A DNA stretch of 51,743 nucleotides from Minisyncoccota bacterium (GTDB lineage: Bacteria; Patescibacteriota; Minisyncoccia; Phycocordibacterales; PALSA-1337), in the NCBI GenBank assembly GCA_036516895.1, contig DATDZD010000016.1, forward strand, positions 1-51,743, written 5' to 3'. Numbering within the stretch: position 1 is the first letter of the stretch; each line of letters opens with the position of its first letter. The translations under genes and the position numbers were made by a program. Shown piece after piece: positions 8,716-15,584 of this stretch. The notes below the pieces were generated by a model, which worked only from the letters and a program-made list of their open reading frames with translations, had not been told where the DNA came from and searched no databases.

Positions 8716-9588
8716 ATGGCAAAAACACCTACAGTTTTTAATAAGATCAATACGCTTAGGGAAAGATACTACAAAGCATCAATCGGAAAAGAAGCACTGA
8801 TTAAGCTTGTGAGCGAAGCAGAAATTGCGGACCATGTATATAACTCAAACGCAATTGAGAACAGCGCCTTGTCTCTTGAAGAAACTGAGAAGATTCTCCT
8901 CCAGATTGACTTAGATCGATATATTACCGAGAGAGAATTATTTGAGGCAAAGAATCTTGCTCGGGTTGTCACATACATTGATAAAAGATCAAAAGAACAG
9001 GAACTTGGTCATGATGTTATTTTATTGCTCCATAAAATGCTGATGTCGAATATTCGGGACGAGATTGCCGGAAGGTTCCGTATGGGTGATGAGCGTGTTC
9101 GTGTGAGTAGTCACATTGCTCCACCAGCTCAGGATATCAACTCAAGTATTCAGAAGATGTTTTCAGAATACAATGCCATAAGTCACGAAAATATTATAAA
9201 ATGTATTGCTCGATTACACCTCGCATTCGAGTATCTTCACCCGTTTAATGATGGAAACGGTCGTATTGGACGAGTAATCAACAACTATCTCCTTATACGA
9301 GAAGGTTTTGTGCCTATCAACATTAAATTCATTGATAGGAAGAAATACTACGATGCTTTTAAGGAATTTGATGAGAAAGGCGCGACTAGGATTATGGAAG
9401 AAATTGTCGCTAAGGCGCTTACTAACAGCTACCACAAAAGACTAGCTTACCTAGAGGGTAAAAAAATTGTTGTCCTTGTTGATTATGCCAAGAAGAATAA
9501 GATATCTCATTCTAACTTGATTAATAAAGCGAACCGTCAGACCATTGAAGCTTTTTTGGAAAGGGGGGTCTGGAAGATTGGAGAATAA
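8716..9588 (+). CDS. Fic-domain protein (class II, N-terminal inhibitory helix)
   Basis: Canonical Fic motif HPFNDGNGRIGR (9238-9273), and the inhibitory (S/T)xxxE(G/N) motif SNAIEN (8845-8862) upstream of the core. Confidence 0.9.
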   Translation: MAKTPTVFNKINTLRERYYKASIGKEALIKLVSEAEIADHVYNSNAIENSALSLEETEKILLQIDLDRYITERELFEAKNLARVVTYIDKRSKEQELGHDVILLLHKMLMSNIRDEIAGRFRMGDERVRVSSHIAPPAQDINSSIQKMFSEYNAISHENIIKCIARLHLAFEYLHPFNDGNGRIGRVINNYLLIREGFVPINIKFIDRKKYYDAFKEFDEKGATRIMEEIVAKALTNSYHKRLAYLEGKKIVVLVDYAKKNKISHSNLINKANRQTIEAFLERGVWKIGE

Positions 9589-9593
9589 AGACA

Positions 9594-9617
9594 AAACCCC
9601 ACAAATTGTGAGGTTTC
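9594..9617 (+). terminator. hairpin downstream of fic (weak terminator)
   Basis: AAACCCCACAA / TTGTGAGGTTT forms an imperfect hairpin directly after the stop codon. The U-tail is poor. Confidence 0.35.
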
Positions 9618-9697
9618 GTCACTAGGGTTCCGCATGTTGGAGGAAGTCAGAACCTCAATAATTGAACGTCATACTGAAGTGTGATACAATTCCAATT

Positions 9698-9877
9698 ATG
9701 AAAACAATAGCTCAATTTAAGGTTTTTAAGGATAAAAATGCCTATATCGCAGAAGGTATTGATTTAGCTATTGTAACTGAAGCCAAAACCCTTGATTCTC
9801 TTGTTAAAAACATATACGAAGCCGTTTCTTTGTATTTTGATAAGGAAATGGTTTACAATAACTTAACAAAAATCTAA
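9698..9877 (+). CDS. HicB-like antitoxin N-terminal domain protein (orphan, no DNA-binding domain)
   Basis: The 59-aa sequence MKTIAQFKVFKDKNAYIAEGIDLAIVTEAKTLDSLVKNIYEAVSLYF fits the HicB/UPF0150 fold pattern. The promoter is TTGAAC (9662-9667), 17 nt, TACAAT (9685-9690). Confidence 0.5.
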   Translation: MKTIAQFKVFKDKNAYIAEGIDLAIVTEAKTLDSLVKNIYEAVSLYFDKEMVYNNLTKI

Positions 9878-9911
9878 AATCTTTATCCGACCAAATAATT
9901 ATATTGTTTGA

Positions 9912-10193
9912 TTATAATTTATCCATTATATTCAATGTGCCCTTATATGATGGCACTAACAAAAAACCTAGTCCCGTGTTATCGAGTGAGAAGGTGCCTA
10001 TAGTAAATAAAATACCTAATAAAAAAATTAAATCACTTCTTGTAATTTTCACTGGCTCCCACATTTGAACGAGTTCCGAACCGTAAAATGGCAGGAATTG
10101 TTTGATTTTCCCGAGACTTCGCTCAATCAGATGAGGCAGTTGTTGGACCAGCCAGAGTGGGTGGTTTAATTGGGTAATTCCAACTATACCCAA
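9912..10193 (-). CDS. hypothetical ORF; possibly a decayed transposase C-terminal remnant
   Basis: 93-aa ORF. Only a weak resemblance of HLIERSLGKIKQF to the RxxIExxFxxLK motif of IS4/IS5-type transposases supports the remnant idea. Confidence 0.2.
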   Translation of the reverse strand: MGIVGITQLNHPLWLVQQLPHLIERSLGKIKQFLPFYGSELVQMWEPVKITRSDLIFLLGILFTIGTFSLDNTGLGFLLVPSYKGTLNIMDKL

Positions 10194-10310
10194 TCTTACA
10201 CAATTCGCTTTATTACGATAAATTAAAACAAGGAAAAAGTCAGGAAGTCTTTATTTGTAGGCATATTTACAGAATACTCTCGCCTTGTAAATAGATATTT
10301 ACAAGGAAGT

Positions 10311-10817
10311 CTATTTCGGTCTATCACCCTTCAATAATCTCTCAAACGCTTCAAGATTGCCCATGGCGTCATGAACAGGGTGATGGTCATGCTTGGTGAT
10401 GCGGAGTCTTTTCCATGATGATGCATCAGTAAAATCTCCAACTAAGCCCGCATAAAAGTCACCAATCCTTCGGGCAGAATATCCAAATGGATTTCTGCCA
10501 AGCGTTCGGTGAAAACTATCATTGATCCACTGCCAGTCGAAAGCAGGATTGTCACTAACAAATCTTGGTCTTTCTTCGCCAGTCATTTCTCGTAACCATG
10601 TATCAAACTTTTCGAATACTTCTTTTTCATCAAACATTTTTCCTGTAGGTACTCTAAACCTAGATTCTTCTTCAGAGTGTATTCGCTCTACCAACACGCC
10701 ATGAAAAGTAGCTTTTGAGGGATATGCAACCGCGCCAAATTCTGTGAGCCTTCCCATGCTCGGACACTTATCATTAGCTTCGCAGTCCACAAAGATTAGG
10801 TTCTTTAGATTTTCCAT
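10311..10817 (-). CDS. DEDDh-type 3'-5' exonuclease (DnaQ-like fold)
   Basis: Exo I FVDCEA, Exo II SDNPAFDWQW and Exo III HHPVHDAMGN occur in the correct order. It is a 168-aa stand-alone domain. Confidence 0.75.
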   Translation of the reverse strand: MENLKNLIFVDCEANDKCPSMGRLTEFGAVAYPSKATFHGVLVERIHSEEESRFRVPTGKMFDEKEVFEKFDTWLREMTGEERPRFVSDNPAFDWQWINDSFHRTLGRNPFGYSARRIGDFYAGLVGDFTDASSWKRLRITKHDHHPVHDAMGNLEAFERLLKGDRPK

Positions 10818-10887
10818 ACATACATTTTAACTCGTATAAAAAAATAAACATAATTTGAATTACTAGACTTCCTCAGCATCTTACGGT

Positions 10888-11232
10888 ATGTTCGTCCGTG
10901 TTATGAAAAAGGGATATAAAAATGCGCATCCAACAGAGATAAAAGGATCTGGATTTATTGGTTACGCCATATGTACCTACAATGATTTGATTGAGCAATT
11001 TGGTGAGCCTCACAATCGGTTCAAGGACGGTCCATGGAAATCTGGTGATTGGAAAACTCAAGTCGAATGGGCTTTCAGGTTATCAGGAAGTAAACCGACT
11101 GTGATAACAATTTACGACTACAAATCTCTCAATCATGCCCGAGCGATTGAAGTATGGCATGTGGGCTGTAAAGGAGATCAAGAGAGGGTTTCAAGCTTTT
11201 TCATACAGCACAAGATACCTTTTGGCAGGTAA
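10888..11232 (+). CDS. hypothetical protein
   Basis: 114-aa ORF divergent from the exonuclease gene (alternative start at 10903). I recognise no motif. Confidence 0.5.
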   Translation: MFVRVMKKGYKNAHPTEIKGSGFIGYAICTYNDLIEQFGEPHNRFKDGPWKSGDWKTQVEWAFRLSGSKPTVITIYDYKSLNHARAIEVWHVGCKGDQERVSSFFIQHKIPFGR

Positions 11233-11357
11233 GCTCAACTTTTAATTTGAAAGTCGCATATTAAAATTTTAGGGCTAAAACTTTAATACACCCCAACGAG
11301 CGATAAGTATAAGTTTGCCACATTGACTTCTAGCCCTCCTCGATCAACGATCAAGGT

Positions 11358-11588
11358 ATGAGTGATATACAGCAAATACTTATCGATATGATCAAGCTCT
11401 CACCAATGGGGGTATTTAAAAAGCATGGTATTGGTATACAGACACAAAATAGAATAAAAGAAGTTGTTGTCGGGGGTTTTATGAAAGAAGTATCTGAGGG
11501 TATTTGCGTGGTCTGTAAAAAGAAGTTAATTAGCGGTAAAAAGCCCATAACTGTGGACAAGTCGCATAAAAAGGTCAAAATAGCCTGA
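11358..11588 (+). CDS. hypothetical small protein
   Basis: 76-aa basic ORF upstream of the ATPase gene. I recognise no motif. Confidence 0.35.
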   Translation: MSDIQQILIDMIKLSPMGVFKKHGIGIQTQNRIKEVVVGGFMKEVSEGICVVCKKKLISGKKPITVDKSHKKVKIA

Positions 11589-11641
11589 AATAGCCTACTT
11601 TTCACTAGTTTATACAATAATTTGTCTAAACGCTTGCAATA

Positions 11642-11671
11642 AATATTGAAAGGTGCTACTCTTTCAATATT
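11642..11671. promoter_or_regulatory. perfect 11-bp-arm palindrome upstream of the ATPase gene (operator or attenuator)
   Basis: AATATTGAAAG (11642-11652), an 8-nt loop, then CTTTCAATATT (11661-11671), ending 21 nt before the ATG at 11692. Confidence 0.4.
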
Positions 11672-11691
11672 ATTAGTAATACCCAAAAATT

Positions 11692-12900
11692 ATGTTACAT
11701 TCAATATCTTGTAAAAATTTTTACTCTTTTGGCGATATAACCGCCTTGAGTTTTGTAGTGAATGACAATGCTCCACAAAACAATGGGTATTTTACTGCAC
11801 CTTCAGGAGTACGCCTCTCAAAAGTCGAGACAGTTATCGGTCCAAACGCTTCCGGAAAAACAAATCTCTTAAAGACTATTCCATTTTTAAAATGGCTTAT
11901 CGTTGATTCTTTTAATTTGAATCCACAATCTCCAATAATCCTTCGCCCCTTCATGTTTGGTGGATATAAAAACAAACCAAGTGAACTCTCTGTTGTATTT
12001 GAGATTGCTACAGGTGTGTATACTTACAGTTTTGTCCTTGATCAAACAAAGATAATTTCAGAAGAATTGAAATTGACTAGCATGGCAAAAGAAAAAAAGT
12101 CTAGTAAAAAGATTTTTTCACGAGTATGGAATGAGACAACCAAACACTATGACCTTGAGGGTGATAATTTTAATCTTCCTAAAGGATTTGAAAATCTATT
12201 ACGAACAAATGCGAGCGTTATAGGTGTTGCCATGCGCCTGAACCATAAGGAAAGTCAGGAAATAGCTAATTTTTGGCAGAGTATAGAAACAAATGTCAGC
12301 GAAGGTGGTTGGATTGGAGATCATATGTTTATTAACCGAGGTGTTCAATTGGCTGAAGTACTCAATTTCTTTAGCGGAAAAGAATCTCTTAAAAAAGAAG
12401 CTGAAAAACTTCTTGCACGTTTTGATCTTGGTTTAAATGCATTTGAAATCAAGAAAGAAAAACAAGAAAATGGAGTATCAATGAGTGTTCAGGTATCTCA
12501 CTCATTTGGTGATCAAAAAGAAATGTTACCAATTCAATATGAATCTTCAGGTACAAAGCAACTGTTTATTCTTCTTAAACATATCTTACAAGCACTCAGT
12601 ACTGGTGGTGTCGTTATCCTAGATGAGTTTGATGTTAACCTTCATCCAGAAATGATGCTGGCTCTGTTTGACTTATTTATTGATCCGAATACAAATGAAA
12701 AGAAAGCTCAGCTTCTATTCAGCACACACAACCATTATATTTTAAGCAAACTTGATAAATATCAGATAACGCTTATTGAGAAAAACGATAAAGGCATGAG
12801 TGAATCTTGGCGCCTTGATGAAATGACCGGTGTACGAGCAGATGACAATTACTACACAAAGTACATCGCCGGTGCTTATGGGGCAATTCCTAAAATATAA
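11692..12900 (+). CDS. AAA_21/ABC-type ATPase (AbiLi / RloA-like, OLD-family ATPase module)
   Basis: Walker A GPNASGKT, signature-like SSGTKQ, Walker B VVILDEFD and an H-loop FSTHNH, with a long insertion between the Walker motifs as in SMC/ABC-like defence ATPases. Confidence 0.85.
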   Translation: MLHSISCKNFYSFGDITALSFVVNDNAPQNNGYFTAPSGVRLSKVETVIGPNASGKTNLLKTIPFLKWLIVDSFNLNPQSPIILRPFMFGGYKNKPSELSVVFEIATGVYTYSFVLDQTKIISEELKLTSMAKEKKSSKKIFSRVWNETTKHYDLEGDNFNLPKGFENLLRTNASVIGVAMRLNHKESQEIANFWQSIETNVSEGGWIGDHMFINRGVQLAEVLNFFSGKESLKKEAEKLLARFDLGLNAFEIKKEKQENGVSMSVQVSHSFGDQKEMLPIQYESSGTKQLFILLKHILQALSTGGVVILDEFDVNLHPEMMLALFDLFIDPNTNEKKAQLLFSTHNHYILSKLDKYQITLIEKNDKGMSESWRLDEMTGVRADDNYYTKYIAGAYGAIPKI

Positions 12901-12905
12901 ATACC

Positions 12906-13337
12906 ATGTCTAGGACCAACCCATTCAAAAAGAAAAGACGAGCAGCGAGTAGAACCTTACTAGTTTTTGGTGAGGGCATGTGCGAAGAAATGTTCCTGAA
13001 ACATATTAAAAGTTTGTACTCATATATCGCAAATATCGCAGTTACTGTTCGAAAAGGAAAAGGTGGTACGGCATTTGATGTGGTAATTGACTCAGATAAA
13101 ATACCTGGCGATTTTGATAAAAAAGTTGTCGTCTTAGATAATGACAAGAGTACAGAGGAAATGCAACAAGCACGAAAAGAGGCTAATAACCGAGGAATTA
13201 TTTTAATTGAAAACACTCCTTGTATCGAAGCTCTTTTGCTCTCAATTCTGGAATCAGGTACCGAATTTTCTTCAAAAACATCTGCATGGTGTAAGAAAGA
13301 ATTTGAATTAATGGCCCTCCCCCCAAAATTTGCATGA
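12906..13337 (+). CDS. RloB-like Toprim-domain protein (AbiLii-like); the last codons and stop lie in the IS left end
   Basis: Basic N-terminus followed by LLVFGEGMCEEMF (Toprim Glu), VVVLDNDK (DxD) and ENTPCIEALLL (resembling SNPCFElWlL). It starts 5 nt after the ATPase stop. Confidence 0.7.
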   Translation: MSRTNPFKKKRRAASRTLLVFGEGMCEEMFLKHIKSLYSYIANIAVTVRKGKGGTAFDVVIDSDKIPGDFDKKVVVLDNDKSTEEMQQARKEANNRGIILIENTPCIEALLLSILESGTEFSSKTSAWCKKEFELMALPPKFA

Positions 13338-13375
13338 TAAACTTGTAATTAATAACTTAATTAATATACAAGCAT

Positions 13376-13630
13376 ATGAAATACAATAGAGTATCTTTAG
13401 ATGTTAAGGAACAAATAATCAGTAGAATTAAAAATGATGGAGTAACTATAAAGCAAGCTAGTGTAGAACACGGAGTGCCAGAATCTACAATAGCTACTTG
13501 GATTGCTAAAAGAGTAGAAGGACAACCTAGTCTGGGAGATATTATAAAGATCAAGAAAGAAAATGATCAATTGAAGATTCTCTTGGGAGAAATTACTCTT
13601 AAGCTATCTGAGACCCAAAAAAAGAAGTGA
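13376..13630 (+). CDS. IS3-family transposase OrfA (HTH)
   Basis: 84 aa with an HTH region (IKQASVEHGVPESTIATWI) and a leucine-zipper-like C-terminus. It ends just after the slippery site. Confidence 0.85.
   Translation: MKYNRVSLDVKEQIISRIKNDGVTIKQASVEHGVPESTIATWIAKRVEGQPSLGDIIKIKKENDQLKILLGEITLKLSETQKKK
13618..13624 (+). promoter_or_regulatory. programmed -1 ribosomal frameshift site (A AAA AAG)
   Basis: The orfA zero-frame codons are AAA (13619-21) and AAG (13622-24). The -1 frame is continuous with orfB (frame of 13627). Confidence 0.7.
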
Positions 13631-14415
13631 GGTGTAGAAGTGATACCTCCAAAACTCTCAGGGCCAAGGAGTTGGGAGTTTCTCTCAGAAGTCTCTACTA
13701 CAGACCCAGACAACCAGACAAAGATTGGCAACTTAAATGTCAAATTGAGGAAGTGCTACGAGAATATCCCTCATATGGTTCTCCACGCATAGCACTTCAT
13801 CTCAAACGTAACCATAAGCCGATTGAACGAGTTATGAAACTCTTCGGTATCAAAGCATATCGTAGAAGAGGTAGGAAATGGAAAAAGACCAAGAATATCA
13901 AGGTAATATATCCAAACCTACTCATTACAACATACCCACAGTATGAGAATCATATTTGGGTATCCGACTTTACCTACATACCATTCCAAGGAAAAACCAT
14001 CTATGTTGCAACAGTAGAGGATCTATTCACTAGAAAGATTGTCGGAGTGTCAGCATATACAACTCATGCGGTTCAACTAATTCTCTCTGCGTTTATGAGT
14101 GCTCTACATAATAATCCTAGACCTATCATTTTCCATTCAGACAATGGTAGTGAATACAATTCAGAGGTATTCATAGGTACTCTACAAACAGTTGGAACAC
14201 AAATCTCCAGATCAGCTCCTGGATGTCCATGGGAAAATGGATATCAAGAATCCTTCTACTCACAATTCAAGGTAGATCTGGGTGATCCTAGTAGATTTAA
14301 GAATATTGGAGAACTAGTATATGAGATATATCACTTGATTTATATCTACAACCACAAAAGAATACATACTTCTTTAAAAATGTCACCGGTACAGTTTGCA
14401 TTAAAAAGTCGCTAG
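13627..14415 (+). CDS. IS3-family transposase OrfB (DDE/rve integrase core), probably expressed as an OrfAB fusion
   Basis: DDE triad contexts WVSDFTYI, FHSDNGSEY and PWENGYQESF. It overlaps orfA in the -1 frame. Confidence 0.9.
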   Translation: MRCRSDTSKTLRAKELGVSLRSLYYRPRQPDKDWQLKCQIEEVLREYPSYGSPRIALHLKRNHKPIERVMKLFGIKAYRRRGRKWKKTKNIKVIYPNLLITTYPQYENHIWVSDFTYIPFQGKTIYVATVEDLFTRKIVGVSAYTTHAVQLILSAFMSALHNNPRPIIFHSDNGSEYNSEVFIGTLQTVGTQISRSAPGCPWENGYQESFYSQFKVDLGDPSRFKNIGELVYEIYHLIYIYNHKRIHTSLKMSPVQFALKSR

Positions 14416-14723
14416 GAATACAATTAACTCAATACAAGTTTAGTGTGCAATGAAATGGGGGAAGTACAGAGGGTTAGATGATAGGAATCATTTGGTCGTC
14501 GGACATCCATATCCGAGACCCGGGCTTTTAAATAAACGACAAAATGGCGGAAAATAAATCAGAGCATCTTTAAGTACGGGCTAGTTTACTAGCTTATACT
14601 TTAAAAAAATTGTGAACCGCAACGCATTTTACCAAAAACTTATTCACTAATCAGTGAAACTGTTGTTTGATAAGCGTAGCAAAGACCTAACAAAGGTTAA
14701 TCCAATTAAAGATGTCCCATTTC

Positions 14724-14760
14724 CCCGAAGGTGCTACGGCATACTTCGGGTTTTTCTTTT
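14724..14760 (+). terminator. rho-independent terminator
   Basis: CCCGAAG (14724-14730) pairs with CTTCGGG (14744-14750), followed by TTTTTCTTTT. Confidence 0.6.
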
Positions 14761-14916
14761 GTTTTATTTTTAAATATTATTATAAATAAAGTAATATTTT
14801 TGATTTGAAATATCTTTCATAAAAAAAAGAATGTGCTATACTACTTTATATAATATAAATGTAGTATAATAATATATTTATATATACATATTTAATATAT
14901 TAAATCACTTATATAA

Positions 14917-15471
14917 ATGGCCTACGATTTCTCAAAATTCAAAAAATCCATAACAACCAGTGAAGAATGGGTAAAAAAAGAGTTTTCTGGCATCCGCACG
15001 GGACAGGCAAACCCTGCTATTTTGGACGGCATAAAAGTAGAATCTTATGGCACCCCCGTGCCAATTTCACAAATAGGCAGTATCATAACCGAGGGCTCTC
15101 GCACTATTCGCATAACTCCTTGGGACATTTCACATACAAAAGAAATAGAAAAAGCAATAAGTATTGCCAATCTAGGTCTTTCTGTATCAGTAGATGACAA
15201 AGGTCTTCGAGTGCATTTTCCTGAATTGACAGAAGAACGCAGAGCGGAAATAGTAAAGATGGCAAAGGAACGACTTGAAGAAGGAAAAAAGAAAATCCGC
15301 ATCTATAGAGATGACGCCATGAAAGAACTTCAGTCAAAAGAAAAAGACGGCTCTCTCGGAAAAGATGATGTCTTTCGTTATAAGAATGAAGCACAAAAGA
15401 TGGTAGATGAGTGCAATAAAAAGCTGGAGGAGCTTTACGCCAAAAAAGAAAGAGAAATCATGAGTAGGTAA
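14917..15471 (+). CDS. frr: ribosome recycling factor
   Basis: 184 aa with the typical RRF sequence (IRTGQANPAILDGIKVESYG ... ITPWD ... LSVSVDDKGLRVHFPELTEERR). Confidence 0.95.
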   Translation: MAYDFSKFKKSITTSEEWVKKEFSGIRTGQANPAILDGIKVESYGTPVPISQIGSIITEGSRTIRITPWDISHTKEIEKAISIANLGLSVSVDDKGLRVHFPELTEERRAEIVKMAKERLEEGKKKIRIYRDDAMKELQSKEKDGSLGKDDVFRYKNEAQKMVDECNKKLEELYAKKEREIMSR

Positions 15472-15573
15472 AATCGGCTCGCCTACTTGCGCTCGGAAGC
15501 TCTTTTATTTGTTCTCCGCCTGCTGGCGGATAAAAATAAAAGACTTCTTCACCGCAGGCTCGCACGATTTTAC
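15467..15573. repeat. about 106-nt imperfect palindromic element filling the frr-rseP spacer
   Basis: The outer stem is GTAAAATCG (15468-76) with CGATTTTAC (15565-73). The middle stem is GAAGCTCTTTTATTT (15497-15511) with AAATAAAAGACTTC (15535-48). The GC core hairpin is TCCGCC-TGCT-GGCGGA (15515-30). Confidence 0.6.
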
Positions 15574-15584
15574 TAAAAAATAAC

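Larger units (their letters stand above)
13319..14461 (+). mobile_element. IS3-family insertion sequence (about 1.14 kb)
   Basis: Imperfect terminal inverted repeats: 13319-13359 versus the reverse complement of 14421-14461 gives 26/41 matches, including TAAACTTGTA. Inner TG...CA termini lie at 13331 and 14449. It has orfA, orfB and an A AAA AAG slippery site. Confidence 0.85.

Noticed and set aside
14457-14760. Possible tmRNA: the segment starts GGGGGAAGUACAGAGGGUUAGAUGA, loosely like the tmRNA 5' end GGGG...GGAUUCGAC, and UUCCCC near the 3' end could pair with it.
   Set aside because: - There is no T-arm (GGUUCGAAUCC-like) before the putative acceptor strand.
- There is no tag ORF ending in a hydrophobic Ala-rich peptide.
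- The GGGGG belongs to the IS terminal inverted repeat.
- The 3' hairpin is an ordinary intrinsic terminator.
14967-15394. Alternative-frame and antisense ORFs within frr (14967..15197 +, 15045..15302 -, 15104..15394 -), and 15458..15757 - across the spacer.
   Set aside because: frr homology is unambiguous in its own frame. The 15458..15757 antisense ORF exists only because the palindromic spacer element reads open on both strands.
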